In this document: in pieces, positions 1 to 12,996 of the stretch | How positions within the stretch are numbered: the stretch's first letter is position 1 | Layout: every line of letters starts with the position of its first letter | NCBI GenBank assembly: GCA_905178155.1 | Contig: CAJINV010000008.1 | Coordinates: 2,356,001-2,420,000 of the forward strand | DNA from: Amoebophrya sp. A120 | Taxonomy: Eukaryota; Protista; Dinoflagellata | DNA: 64,000 nucleotides | Direction: 5' to 3' | Program-made: the position numbers and the translations under genes | The notes under the pieces: model-generated | Told to the model about the DNA's origin: nothing | Seen by the model: the letters and a program-made list of their open reading frames with translations, nothing else | The model's database searches: none

Positions 1-22
1 TAATTCCGAGCCGGTAGAGGAC

Positions 23-889
23 ATGGGCAAAGTAATTGACGACTTCTGGCTTGTGCAGGAAAAGCACGGTTCCTTTGCTGGTAGAGATGATGAACTTTTC
101 GGCGACGGCGCCTCGCACGGCCACCACAAGTCGGCGCTTGTGGAAAATTCGGCCGCAAGTAGCGAGTTCGGCAGGACAGCGAGTCGAAGCGATTCCTTTT
201 TGCCATCGGGTGTTCGACGTCCTGGCTCTAGCAGTTCAGAGGAACACGATCTGCAGCCGCTGCTGGCAAAGGATAAGGCAAAGACCGCACTGTCGTTGCA
301 ACACGACAAGCAAGCGGACGAACAAGCACATGACACCACCACGACCGCACGGGAAGAAGGACACGAGCGCAATGACGCGACAGATTCAGTGGCAGATCAG
401 AAGCCAAGTACAAGTACAACGAAGATTAAAGCGCGCCAGTCGGGAGGTGGAGGTGCTCGCGAAGATTATACCCCCGAGAGAATATCAGAGGGAGCGACTC
501 GCGATTCTGATAGAGCTTCGCCTTCAAACCAGGGCTTCGCTGTGTTGGTCACAGATCATAGTACGAGCGAAAGGGCCGAGCCCCAAAATCCTGCGGAACT
601 TCACGAGCGCCGTCGACAGGAGAGCGAAGCGCAGCGACTTGAAAAAGTCCACCGCTTCGGCTCGTGGCAGGCGACGCGGATGGAAGCACTAGCTCTGCTA
701 GAAGCTGAGAAAAAGGACGAGCCGTCAGGAGATCATGCCCCTAGTACCCCTGCAGTGGCATCTTCGTCCTCGTCTGCTGGAACGATGAGAAAAAGGAGTT
801 ACGCGGAGCCGGAAAAAAGATTCTACAAGCCGAAGGTTCATGATATTGAAATGGAGGATAAAGATAGCCCGGTTTTTTTCTACGTGTAG
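23..889 (+). CDS. Hypothetical low-complexity protein, possibly the 3' exon of a gene starting before the window
   Basis: 288-aa ORF, charged and Ser-rich, with no recognisable domain. Confidence 0.5.
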   Translation: MGKVIDDFWLVQEKHGSFAGRDDELFGDGASHGHHKSALVENSAASSEFGRTASRSDSFLPSGVRRPGSSSSEEHDLQPLLAKDKAKTALSLQHDKQADEQAHDTTTTAREEGHERNDATDSVADQKPSTSTTKIKARQSGGGGAREDYTPERISEGATRDSDRASPSNQGFAVLVTDHSTSERAEPQNPAELHERRRQESEAQRLEKVHRFGSWQATRMEALALLEAEKKDEPSGDHAPSTPAVASSSSSAGTMRKRSYAEPEKRFYKPKVHDIEMEDKDSPVFFYV

Positions 890-1669
890 AATAATCAAGA
901 ATGTTGTTGCTCAGAGCTCGAAGACGGGACCAGGAGATCGCACGTTCTCGTTCTTGTCTTCTGTTTTGCCACGTCGACCTTTGGTTACATCAGAATCTGA
1001 TACCTGTACGAAGATCGCAACACCCGTAGTAAGTAGAGGAAATACATGGGATGTGCTGTGTGTTTTTGGAAGGACAGCGACAGTGTGTCTGTGCAACTAC
1101 TTACCCGGGACGCAACGCGTGGAAGAGCATCGCTTTCACGGGCGAGCGCATTCCCGCACCTGACACAGAAATGCGACCGCATCTGAGACACGTCTCTATT
1201 CCATCAAGTTCGTTGGGTTGTTCAGCATGAGATTCATGATCATGTACAGTTTTTGTTTCACGTGTTCATTTTCTCCATCGTCGTGTATGGTCGTTTCGAA
1301 GCCTGAGCCCGTTGCTCGTGGGATTTTTCTGAATGCATGCGACGACATTGTCAAGGTTCCAAAGCTGAAGGAATGTAACAATATAGCGCAAAAGGGTCGC
1401 ATCACGAATACATAGATACATTGCGAAGTGGGCGTCGTTCGTAGGTGAGTCGTAGTTGTTCCTCGATCGAGAGAAGTGGGGGAGCGACTATAAATAATTA
1501 ACAGAATGAGAGAAACAGGACCATCGAGGCAGGGATTTGATTTATGTGAAGGAAGCATGTTGAGGGAAGCTGCATCGCATGGGTTCCTGAATTTTGTTAC
1601 TACGATAGGACTAGTTGGTAGGTGTGCAACGACCCGGCACATATTTGTTAACCGCAACGCTGCGTTGTA

Positions 1670-4443
1670 GGTGTGGGCGTGGTGCAGCATCAGCAAACAA
1701 TACGCATCAACAAGGAAGAAATGGATTCTCTTCTCTGGTCCGGATCGCCGATAGTTCCGGGGAACCACAGGGCCAAGGACACGCTGCTTGGTGGCGAGCC
1801 CTTTTCCTTCAAGGACATCTTTTCGATCTTCTCGCCCAAGCCTAAGACTGCACCACCGGCCACCGCATTGTTGAACAACGCAGAGCCACAGCATGTGGTT
1901 CCGAAGCAGGTAGTTTGTTTCAGTGTGTCATGGGAGTTTCATCTTTCGGTTTGGGTGGTGTCTTCATCTTTCTCAGGGTGGTGGATTTGATAACGCTACA
2001 TCGAGTGGGGTAACAGCGATAGCGAACACAGACAGACAATGGACGGTTAGTACGCAAAGTAAGATCTTTTTATCAGGCCGCCAAGATATGCACTTGTCTT
2101 TCAGGTTTCGCAAGCGGGGATGGGGATCGGCGGAAACCGTGGTTCTCCTGCAGGAATGATCGATCTCCTTGATCCCAAGCGAATACGACAGGGAAATAAA
2201 TGGCGACACTGGGCCGCAGGAGTATTGAACGCAGTGACGAGCTTCTATTGATATTGTCATGTAAGCGATGGACACAAAAAATAAAAAAATGCATTCTCCT
2301 AAACTTTTTGATTTTTTTACTTGCATTTTTGCATGAGCACGATATTTGTTCGCTCTTTGCTGCGGCGCAAGGTTGCTCGTTTTCCTCTCTACAACATCTC
2401 AACTCGACGATTCCGCTCCCGGGACAGAGCGCAGCTGGCTCATCAGCTGATGATGGATTGGGAGATATCTGGGAAGCGCTCGGTATAATTGTTCTCCCGG
2501 CCGCAGATTGTTGATTCATGTTTTTGAGTGCAAGTGATTCTCGTTTTGCTTTCGCAAACGCAAGCTAATCCCGAAAATTGGCGAGCACCATAAAGAAAAA
2601 GTTAGACTGCAATCCATCGAAACGAGATGATCATTGTGATCTTGAGCGAAATTATTTCCTTTTCGACACTTTCTCTTTCCGATTTCGATCTACGCTTGTT
2701 CCAACAGGCTCCCCGCTGAAAGGCACGTCGCTCGCGGACCTCCCCGGCGAAGATATTGTCCTCAAGGACGGCACGCACGCGCACTACATCGATCTCGACT
2801 CCCTGCTGAAACCCGGCGGTGCCGGTGCCGCCGGCGCGAACGGGGGCGCGCGGTGGAAAACGTCCCCGAACTCGGGCGAGCCGGTGCTGGACCTGAATAG
2901 CATTTTCCCGATGCTGGGCGGCAACGGCAAGTCGATCAGCAAGAGCGTTTCGAAGGTGATGGTGCGAGACGCCAACGGCCTCATGAAAGCGCACACGACC
3001 GTATCCACAGTAAATTTCCTGTACACGTACAAATGCTGTCTCTGCATGACAAAATTTGCCTTCAATCCTAGTGTAGCATGACAAGTTGTACACTGCAAGT
3101 TAGCAAAATTTGTCATGCATTTTGTACATGTACAGGAAATTTACATTGCATAGACCGAGAAGTGGTCGCAGCCCATCGGGAATGGGGACGAGTCGGTGCA
3201 GGCCACGGTGGACTACGACGAACCCGACAAACCCGGCGACGCGGGCTTCATGCACATGAAGTTGGAACGCGTCAAGACGGCAAAGCTGTTGCAACGACAA
3301 GGCCGTGGTGCCGGGACGCGGGGGAACAACTTCGAGCGGCTCGATCCGCTGTGGGACCTGTTCCCCGAAAAGAAGCCGCCCAGCTACAACAACGGCCGGA
3401 ACACAGTGTTGCCGCCGCCAGAACAACCGCCGACGTTGACGGGAGAGGGCAAGAACGGGGCTGTGGGTCAGGTACTTACTACATTTTTTAGATAGGTACA
3501 TATTGTAGCAGGGCTCTAGTAGATGTAGAGTTTCGCAGTGCGCAGAGATCTTGATCTTGTGAACGTGCATCCGCGTTGCTCTTGTCGAGTCAAAGGAAAA
3601 AAACTACCGTACTAGGACGCAGGAATTGAGAAAACAAAATGAGGCGATTCAAACCTTTTAGCTGCATTCCAACAAAAACGCATTTAGCCCACTGCACCGG
3701 CCACGGAAGTAGACCAGAGTGCCAACTCCTTTCCGCCCATGTTGGTGCTGCTCGGAACGGCTGTTGCTGTCGGCGCCCAGGTGTTCCTTCTCGGGCACGT
3801 CTTTGTGAATTACTTCAAGCGCCGGGCGGCTCGGGAACCGATCACGACCGTGGTCGGAGAGCGTCGCAGCGCCATGGAGGAGCAATTTTCGCAGGCCGCA
3901 GCCAGCACTAACAACGGAGGCCCTGCTGCTTCGGATCCGAGAGACAGTGGCAGCAGCTCTGATCCGGAGCGAAGACCGTCGAGTGAAGAAAGTCCAGCAA
4001 CGAGGACGGTGATGCAGAACCAGAATGAAGGTAGCACCGCCGCGACGACCCCGGCCAACGAGTGGCAACATAACGCCAGCAGCGAGGCAAGTTGCAAGAG
4101 CACTGCGGCGGACGGCTCTTCGTCTTTTTCGGGTAGTAGAACGAACGCAACAACTTCTTCCGAGGAAGCAAGCGCGAGCAGCGCAACAACAACAAGCAGT
4201 GGCGCAACTTCTACAACCGGTTCTCTTTCTCGTACGGACGACTCGACGGCAAGATCCTTCCGTGACGAGGAGGTGAATTCTCGCCGGGAGCGGTTTTTGG
4301 CCCGCGTAGAAGAACAGTCCGGAAGTTCCTCCTCGGCATCTGGTAGTAGCGGTCGTGCCTCTACAACTGCGACTGCCACCGGCTCTGCGAAAAGTACTGC
4401 TGCGTTTTCCGGGGAGGCCTTTCGCTTGAACTCGGGGGAATAG
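1670..4443 (+). CDS. Multi-exon hypothetical protein with a C-terminal transmembrane segment and Ser/Thr-rich tail (5' end uncertain)
   Basis: GC-rich exon blocks are separated by GT-AG introns. ORF 2578 (...MKAHTT) joins ORF 3196 in frame (EKWSQPIGNGDESVQATVD) after removing the introner at 3002-3152. Hydrophobic MLVLLGTAVAVGAQVFLLG starts at 3739. Confidence 0.55.
3002..3152. mobile_element. Introner (TIR non-canonical intron)
   Basis: Direct repeat gaccg at 2997-3001 and 3153-3157. TAT...ATA ends. TIR gtaaatttcctgtaca (3010-3025) pairs with tgtacaggaaatttac (3129-3144). Removal restores the frame. Confidence 0.88.
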
Positions 4444-5500
4444 GTCACAGTCTTCAGCGGGCGCTTAGGTTAAAATACTTAGAAATATCTTACTACTTTG
4501 AACAAAAAAAGAATCAGAAGCAATGTTTGGTGGAGACTGAATCACTCTATTGTTTGAGCCTTGAGTCAAGGCTCTAATATGCGTTGCATTGTACAAGTTG
4601 TCTACAGTAAACCTGGCGTGATCGTTTCTCAAAGCGCGAGCTTCCTATTGCTTCACTTATTTTGCGACTCTTCCTTTATTTTTCTACTTCTGCCACCAGT
4701 GCTAGCTCCTCTTCTTCTTCCAAGAAATTCACAATATGATCTAGAGAGGTTCTTACTGCGGCGGTAATGGCCATGATTCCCTGCTCGGGCCAGTTGCGTA
4801 ATCGAACTTTTTTTGATTACGACAAATATGACGATACTCGGTAAGTCTAAGTGATGAACTCTTATGGTTGACTGAAAATTTCTCGGAGAGTCCGCTAGTC
4901 AACGGCTCGTATAAAAATTGTAAACGAACAATACCCATTTCTCCCTTACAGGTTCTTTCTGTTTCAGTTTCTGACTTAGCAGAACTTTGTTGAGATGACT
5001 AAACTTGAACTCGATTTTGAAATTCGTACACCAGAACTTCAGCTTACTGGTGTATGCCACCGACCTGCGAGTTTTGCTGCCGATCGCGAGGCAATATATT
5101 GTACCAGTGTCGCAGAAAACATGACGACGTCGAGTGTACAACCTTGACATTAAAGTTTCAGAGGTACACGCAGACCCGGGAGCTTTTTTTTGCAATTATA
5201 AATATTATAGAACAAATTATGGTTTCGCTCTTTCCCTCAGCTTGATCTGGGTCGAGTGCCCATTGATTGTCGGCGGGCAGTCGTCGATGGACAGTCGAAG
5301 GAACCTGTTCACGACCGAGCGTCGGTGCATTTCTTTACCGGCCAGGTGCATGTTCTTTGATGTTACGACGAGCAGCTTTTTTTTACAACCCAACTATCAA
5401 TAGAAAAATCCATAAGTAGAAGTTTTAATGCTGTCTCCGTCATCGTTCTATGGTTTTTCCATCCTGATCCATTCCACGAACCTCCGGTCCAGAAGAAACA

Positions 5501-7947
5501 ATGAAAATGCGTCCCGGCTTTCTCGCCGGTACCGGGAAAAACGGCTTGCTTTCCGTTGCCCCGGATCAGCCTGCTGATTCCTCGTCGAGTTCTCAAGGCC
5601 TTAAACCTTCGAAAATAAAGAACGGCATCAGTGCTGTTCCACGACCAACAAGGAGAATCTGGGATGAGACGTTGGTGCTTGACTTTCAGCGAGTGCTTCT
5701 GAAGCTTCTATCCGAAAAGGGCCTACAGCTGGAGCTGCAAAAGCGCCTGCGGTACGGTACTGGAGCGAAGGAGATGCCCACGCACAGCTCTTGCCAAGCG
5801 GAAGCGTCGAATTACGACAAGCTGTGCGATACGGAGAAGGTGAATTGTATGGAAGGGTCAGCATGTTGGAAATTTCAATTTTCAAAGTTGGAAGATGAAC
5901 TACTTGCCGTGCATAGAATTTGAATTGCGAGTACATGCTGCAGATGCAAGGTCGTGGTGCCCTCGGTGTTTCACTGGAGACGACCTTCGCCTCAGATTGT
6001 ATGCCTGTCCAGGCTCATCCGCATGAATATAGCACGACAATGACAATAGCCCTTGTTGTAGCTTTCGCTCTAAACGGCACGTTGACGGATTGGCTTCCCG
6101 CGTCTGGAAAAACAGTAACGCACCGCAGCATAGAACTAGAAGTTGCGGACCCACTGATTCCAGTGGGTACTACCGTTTTATGCGTCGCAATTCATTTGAG
6201 CTTTGTCGATTAAAAATTTTCTAGCGACCTAGCGCTTCCATAACATGTGATTTTTGCGCGTCGTGTTCCGCGTTCGACTTCGATCCGGAGGAAATTCTCG
6301 TTTGCCGAGATGTCGTAGACGACGAGGAGGAGGAGGACGGCGATGTCAGAATCAGTGCCGCTGGTGGTGGAGCTCCAGCTTCCAGCGGCAGCCGTACAAC
6401 CGTACTATCAGCGAGCACATTGTCCACGCCTTCCACAGGAAGAACAACGAACGGCAGTGAGGACGCAGACCTCCCAGGAAGGGGAACTACACCAACATCC
6501 ACCTCCAGTTCGGGTCCTTCAAAAAACCGGATATCGTTCCTGCCGAGCGACAGGCGCGGCAGGGTTTTCTCGAGCACCACTGCTGTGAGAAATACGTCTA
6601 AAGCAAACCCGATTCTGCGTTTTCGCGGTCTTGAAACGCCCGGTTTGTCCGAGACAGACGAGCCCGCGCGTTTGCTGAAGGAGAATACCACTGGCGCCGC
6701 GCTGTTTGAGATGCTGCCCGCGATCGTGGAGAAAACGGCGAGCACCTTCGCGAACGTGTTGAAGAAGGCCCACGCGCCGGGACCCAATCGCATGCCGGCA
6801 CTGGATGCGGACACCGCGAAGCAGATCCGGAAAGACATCCTCAAGGAAACCGTGCTGCGCGAAATCCTGAGCCGCGTTTTCACTGCCCATAATGAGCAGC
6901 AGAAAGCCTTCGCGCAGGACGCCGGCCTCCTCGCGACGCCGAACGGCTATCATGGGGATTGGAACCCGGACTTAAACGCGTTGACGGCGGAAACAATACA
7001 GGAATTGATGACAAAAGGGTACGCTTTCCAGGACGACTTTCTCCCGAGATCCGAGCCGCGGAATCGCGACACCACAAACTCCGCGTCTCTGTCGAGCGGG
7101 AGAACCAGAAGCGGGCCCGGAGCGGCTCAGTCCGCGTTCAAAAGCTCCGCTTCGGGGCAGTCGGAGTACGTGAAAAACTTGTGGAAAATCGACTGCGAAA
7201 AAGTCTTCAAGGAGCTCGAGACGTTGGACTTTGAAGTGGGTATGTTCCAGGCGGTCATTCAGCAGCAGCAGGTCGGCTTGCGGAGTGACCGCATCTGCTT
7301 TTCTTCCCTGGACAGCCTGAACCGCATGCGCCACCCCATGCTGCGCAAACTGTACCAGTGTCTCATCTCGCTGCCGTTTGAGCTCAACAAAAAGTGCAAC
7401 CTGCTGTTGCAAGGTAATCATGATATTCATTGAGTGAGCATGCTACAGCTACACTCAACGACGGTTCTGGTCGCGAAAGTAATATGCTGTGTGGCGTACA
7501 AATACAATTACCTGCCAAAAAGACGGGGAATTAGAGAGATGAGTTCCGCCGGAAAATAACTACGAAGGAGTATGTATCCTATCATCTCAACATCTTCTCA
7601 TGCTTTTTGTCATTAACCTTTTCTCGAATAAAAATCCAGGAACGGGAACTTTCCAACTCGGTGTGTATCACGCCAACGGCGCGTTCTACAAGAAGCATCT
7701 GGACGGCGGCTATCGGGAGCGCGACAACGGGCGAAAGATCACGTGTATCTTTTATCCCAACGACAACGACGTGTCTGCGTTGCGGGTGCACGATCCGAAA
7801 ACGGGAGAAACGAAAGACATCTTGCCGAAGGCTGGGCGACTGGTGCTTTTGCAGGCACGAGATGTCCCACATGAAGTTTTGCCAAATGTGTCGAAAAAGA
7901 AACGATTTGCCGTGTCCATGTACTTGAACGGACCAGCGCAGAACTAG
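5501..7947 (+). CDS. EglN/PHD-like 2OG-Fe(II) prolyl hydroxylase family protein (multi-exon, start uncertain)
   Basis: Motifs LRSDRI, YKKHLDGG (HxD), GRKITCIFYPN, VPHEVLP (distal His) and KRFAVSMY (2OG-binding Arg). GT-AG intron at about 7414-7619. Confidence 0.8.
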
Positions 7948-8976
7948 AAAACAAAGCACGGAGCATCCAGTTATTTACTCACTTATGCTGTGTGGTCACA
8001 AAATTTTATATGGTGCTTGCGTCTGTGGATCTCCAGCCACGGACTCGATCGGTGAAGATCGATGAGGTATCTCCTTCATCCGTGTTTGATAAAGCTCGTT
8101 TTTGTGTGTTGTGCAGCGATGTAAAAACGTGAATGTCTGTCATTTCGCTTGTGATTCGGCAAATGAAAAGTCAGCATAGAGTCGTAGGTTCTGGCTTTCT
8201 GACGAGAGCGCCTGCGTGTAGTCTGCTCTATTTTGCACAATCAAGTTCTTCGATACCGAATGCGGGGATGAACACAATGTATTCTCACGCACACGTGATG
8301 ATTGATGCCTTTTCTCTAATACGTGCGACGGAATGCTCCGATGATGAGCTACTCCTGTATAAACCAGCTCGGAATATGTACAGTGAAATATCGAAGTATT
8401 TTTGTCTATTGTGGAGCTGCATCAGCATCACCTGTTGTTCTACTTCGGTAGAATTTAGACGCATTGATCAGGGCGCAGTTGAAAAACGTAAAGAAAAAGT
8501 GCGATCATCTCCGACCCAACGAAATGGGATCCTTAACCTCTTGTGTATGGCATCTCAGATAAAGAAATAAGTAAAAAATTGTATGTCGAAGTGAAAAATC
8601 AATCTCACTGACGATCTCGAAAGTTCTACATCAGTGATCATGACTTCTCGCCAAACTCCAAGAAAAGCAGCGAAGATCGGAAATTGGATCAGATTCATGT
8701 AGTGCATCCCCATCCGGTTATGGTTATCGGAACGACAGGTGAAAATAAAATGTCGGTGGAATAGCTTCAAAAAGTTTATTCACTTGTTCGAAAGCACCAT
8801 CTTTGTCCATGAAACCCGGTGCAATACAGGCAGCATAAGAGAAAGATATCAACAGGAGTTCTCTTAGTTATTTGTATCTAGTATGTCTTAGTCTTCCTCT
8901 TCGAGTATTGATGGCACAATTGTTCATCGCGTTGCGAAATGAACGTGGCCACAAAAACTTATAGCATGAACAAAAG

Positions 8977-11900
8977 ATGAGCGCAGGCACAGAGTCCTCG
9001 AGCCATGGAGGCAAGGAAAGCGTTGTTCTTGACGACGACTATTCTGCTTCCGATGACGACTTGGCTTTTGGAGAGGAGCTCGACGGTTTTGTTTATGACA
9101 TATCTGATGGAGAGGGCGTCGCAGGTGCGACGACTGGTATTGCTGGCTCTGCTGCATCAACGAGGGCTGAGGCCGCTTCAAGTACTGGAACCTCTACCGA
9201 GCAGCCAGTAGTTGGCTCTGCCTTGTTGCCAACGCGCAACACACGACGCGAAAGCTTTTTGCTGGGTGGCCAAAACCACGACAGGAAGATATCATCCTCA
9301 TCCAGGCCGAATCTTCCGTCAAGCAGCAAGCCAGCAGAAGGCAGCGACGAGCGGGAGCCCGGATCTAGAAACGAGTCAAGCCCTGACCAGTCCTCTGCCA
9401 ACATCATTGCGGATGGCGAAGACGATGTAGATGAGCTATTCTTCCGAGGCCTGGACGAAGAGGAAATAGATGAAGCTCAAGACGAAGATGACCTCGAGGA
9501 CGACGCAAATTCGGTTGCTGACAGTGCGTCCCAGACCACAACTGCAACCCGGCGGTTCCGATCGGTCGGGCCGCACGCGTGCGACGTGTGCGGGAAGATT
9601 TTCAAGAAGCCGAGTCACGTCCTGTTGCACAAGAAAAAAGTCCATGACGCGCGCGAGGCACGAACGACCTGCGACATTTGCGGAAAGAGATTTTCCAAGC
9701 CGTGGAAGTTGAAACAGCACAAGCAGCAAGTGCACCCGGAAAAAGATGCGGATGGGAACCCGGTTGGCGATGCAGTGGCAAATCTGAAGCAATTTGTCTG
9801 TCCGGTGCCGAATTGCGGGAAAGCGTACCGCAGGAAAGACCACCTCGCAAGACATGTTCGTGGAGCGCATGGAGGGAACCACAGAGGGAGCAGCAGTGCC
9901 GGTGGTGCTGTCGGTCGACAGGCGGCGCTCAAGGTGGCGGAGGGTGACGTCGCGGATGGAGAGAGGAAGCAGCACGGCGCTGTGTTGCGTGAAAATACTG
10001 TCGCAGAAATTCTTGATGTTCAAGGGCAAAACGAGGAGCTGCGAAACGGAATAAATGAGCGAGGTGGTTCCAGCTCCAGCAGCAAGGCACCTGTTCAAGC
10101 TGCAGCAGCACCGAAAGTTGGTTTCTTTTTGCCGCCTGATCAACATGGTGATGCTGAGGACGATATTAAGCAGCGTCAAGACTTTGACGACGAACTCGAC
10201 GAAACGCAAAGCAATCTGTCCGACCTCGGTTTCCAGCTTGCGTGGAACTACGTGTGTCCTACCTGCGACAAAAAGTTTCCCTCGAACCAAAAACTGAAGA
10301 AGCACATGAAATCCCACAACCGGCTGACGTGCGAAAAATGCGGCGCCAAGTTCAAAAAGCAGGGCAAATACGACACCCACATCCAGCTGTGCAAGGGCGA
10401 AAAGGTGGAGTTTAGCTCGGGGAAGAAGATTCTTCCCGAAAACCGCCACCTCTACACAGAGAGCGGGTTGCTGAAAAACAAAAAGCGCAGGAAAGATTTG
10501 AAAGGGCAGCTGGCGGCAAGTGTAGTTTCATCTGGTGGTGCTGGACAGCAACTGGAAGATGGGGAAGATGAAGACGATGCTATAGCTGTGCCCGCTGCCC
10601 CCGTTTCTGGTGTCGCGCCGCCGAAGTCGTGGCCCCAAACCCAAAATGAAAACAAGAAAGGGCCCGCTGGTACTGATGGTGTGGACAACGGCGACGATGC
10701 TTTTCACGGAGAGGAAGAAGACGATGCTCTGATCTGTGAAGAAATCGTCGACGACATGGGACGAGGACAAGAACGCGGCGACCGACAAAGCATATCTTCA
10801 AAAACCGCAAGGAACAATTCGACCTCCCCATCTTCAGCATCCGTCCCCGAGCTGCTTTCCGGGGTCCGCTGCCCCCGCTACCCGGAGTGCGACTACATCA
10901 TCACGTCACTGCGTGACCAGACGCTGCACGCAAAGTGGCACCTGCGCAAGGACGCCCAGAAATTCTTCAAGTGCGACTACTGCGACTTTGAATCCCTCCA
11001 CTGGAGCGAGGTGGTCCAGCACAAGAAGCTGAGTCACGTCAAGTGCTACGTCTGCGAGGTCTGCGAAAAGTCCTACAAGAGCGGCCACAGTTTAAAGGAG
11101 CACATGGCTACGAAGCACCCGAATTTCGCTAAACTTGCCAAGCACACTGGAAAGGACGGCGAGATTTTGCGGAAAAGTGAAGAAAGTGCAGCCGCTAAGG
11201 GCAAGGAAAGTTCAGATACCGATGGAAAGCAAAATGGTGGAGTCTCTGATGCACTAAGAGATGCATCATCATCTTCTGCGCCGCCGAATAAAGAGCGACA
11301 AAGCGACGACAACATGGAAAGCTCCGCGGATGTCACATCGTATTTGTGCAAGGACTGTGGCAAGGAGTATCTGACGAAGGGCGCCTTGCGACAGCACCGA
11401 AACGCGAAACACAACGACAAAAACGTCTACAAGTGCAAGATCTGCGACCGCGTTTTCTGCCACAAAGCAACACTGAGCAAGCACCTGCAGACGCATGTTG
11501 AGACTGCTAGTACGTCACTGCAGCCCCAGGAAGACGGGAACTCGACTGATGCGACAAATCTGAAGCTGCCGGATAGAAGCGGTGTTGTACAACAGGGAAG
11601 CAAAGAGCAGGCCTTTGAAGAGACGACGACGACGACGACTCCAAATGTCGTAAGCAGAGCGGTTTCACTAGGAAAAAAAGCGTCCTCCTCTACCGCGACT
11701 ACAAGAGTGCACAAGACTGAAGCGACACCTTTTTCCGAAACTGGAAATATTGAAGCCGAAGACAACGACTTTGATGGAGGACAAAATAAAAACAGCTGCG
11801 AAGTAGACCACGACTCGGAGAGGCCTGGCACAGCTGATACAGACCTAGACCTATTCGAGGCGCCACTACTGAAAAGAAGGAAACCCGGCCCGAAAACAAG

Positions 11901-12006
11901 CCGCTTTCGGGGCACGCAGCTTGCAGATGGTGGAGAACAGAATAGCTTGCAGTTGCAAGACCAGGGTAGGGACCTGTTCGCAGATGCGTCCGGAATCAGT
12001 TGGTGA
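8977..12006 (+). CDS. Multi-C2H2 zinc-finger protein
   Basis: 1009-aa single ORF with about 10 CxxC...H...H motifs (e.g. CDVCGKIFKKPSHVLLHKKKVH, CKICDRVFCHKATLSKHLQTH) separated by acidic linkers. Confidence 0.9.
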   Translation: MSAGTESSSHGGKESVVLDDDYSASDDDLAFGEELDGFVYDISDGEGVAGATTGIAGSAASTRAEAASSTGTSTEQPVVGSALLPTRNTRRESFLLGGQNHDRKISSSSRPNLPSSSKPAEGSDEREPGSRNESSPDQSSANIIADGEDDVDELFFRGLDEEEIDEAQDEDDLEDDANSVADSASQTTTATRRFRSVGPHACDVCGKIFKKPSHVLLHKKKVHDAREARTTCDICGKRFSKPWKLKQHKQQVHPEKDADGNPVGDAVANLKQFVCPVPNCGKAYRRKDHLARHVRGAHGGNHRGSSSAGGAVGRQAALKVAEGDVADGERKQHGAVLRENTVAEILDVQGQNEELRNGINERGGSSSSSKAPVQAAAAPKVGFFLPPDQHGDAEDDIKQRQDFDDELDETQSNLSDLGFQLAWNYVCPTCDKKFPSNQKLKKHMKSHNRLTCEKCGAKFKKQGKYDTHIQLCKGEKVEFSSGKKILPENRHLYTESGLLKNKKRRKDLKGQLAASVVSSGGAGQQLEDGEDEDDAIAVPAAPVSGVAPPKSWPQTQNENKKGPAGTDGVDNGDDAFHGEEEDDALICEEIVDDMGRGQERGDRQSISSKTARNNSTSPSSASVPELLSGVRCPRYPECDYIITSLRDQTLHAKWHLRKDAQKFFKCDYCDFESLHWSEVVQHKKLSHVKCYVCEVCEKSYKSGHSLKEHMATKHPNFAKLAKHTGKDGEILRKSEESAAAKGKESSDTDGKQNGGVSDALRDASSSSAPPNKERQSDDNMESSADVTSYLCKDCGKEYLTKGALRQHRNAKHNDKNVYKCKICDRVFCHKATLSKHLQTHVETASTSLQPQEDGNSTDATNLKLPDRSGVVQQGSKEQAFEETTTTTTPNVVSRAVSLGKKASSSTATTRVHKTEATPFSETGNIEAEDNDFDGGQNKNSCEVDHDSERPGTADTDLDLFEAPLLKRRKPGPKTSRFRGTQLADGGEQNSLQLQDQGRDLFADASGISW

Positions 12007-12996
12007 GTGTTCCACATCCACGGTATTTTCCGAATGAACTTGAAAGCGCAGTTTCGCATTCTATTTTCGTCGAAGTCTTCCAATCACATGTAAAATACAT
12101 GCAGCGTCGATTACGATATTAACGATGAAGGCTTCGTCTGAAGATGAAAAAAGAGTAGTTTCAGCGACATAACGAGACCCAAAAGAACCACGATACTGCA
12201 AGAGGACTCAGCTTTCGAGCGAGCCACGACCGTAAGTAATTATCGGCGAGACAGGAAAAAGTGTTCGTTGCAGTTGCAACTAGATCCTGACGAGCTCCGA
12301 AGATGTTGTGATCTTTTTCCGCGATTTTTTTTCCTTTTCAGATCGCCGCGATGAATCCGATTTTTGTCGCGCCATGTTGACGACGTTGTCGGTACTGTGT
12401 GAGTGATGTGACCTCCTCCGAGAAGATGCAAAACCCTTGTAGCCTGCGCGTTGTCCACCCCTTTTGACGATCACGTGACTTCTCCTGACTTGTTTACTTT
12501 GTTTTGTGGATCTGCAGATTTATTTGGTGGTTGTCGTCAGCGCGTTTGATTTTGTTTGTCTTTGCAGTGGCACAGGCATCATTAACCTGAAAGTGAAAAT
12601 AATAATGATTTGTTTCCATTCACTAAGAAATTCAAATGCGATACACAGAGAGCAGAATCTTTTCGTGAGCTGCTCCAGCTTGCTGCATGGATGGTGCAAA
12701 CTCCTCGCCACAGATTGCGTCCTTGACCCCACGAAGGCACAAGATCCTTGCCACGGCAACGAATTTAGAGAAAATAGACTCGGAGAAGTAGTACCATTTG
12801 CATTTTGACCGCTATATTAGAAGTGCAAATAACCTGATCTTCCACCATGCAGGGTTCTCGCCACCCAGCAAAAAGCCCGCATTGCTTCGTGTATTGCAGG
12901 ACAAGCTTCAATTGTAACTACAACTTCCTTAATTTAAATTTTTTCTTGTACATTTTCGTGCTTTTTACCTCAACAAGGGCGTCAACATCGCTCCTC

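Noticed and set aside
4556-4574. Perfect 9-bp inverted repeat gagccttga-g-tcaaggctc downstream of a stop codon
   Set aside because: It is a single short dyad with a 1-nt loop, compatible with chance in 64 kb, and has no supporting context.
9436-10449. Long minus-strand ORFs (this 337-aa ORF and similar ones elsewhere)
   Set aside because: They are antisense shadows of GC-rich + strand coding exons with no domain motifs.
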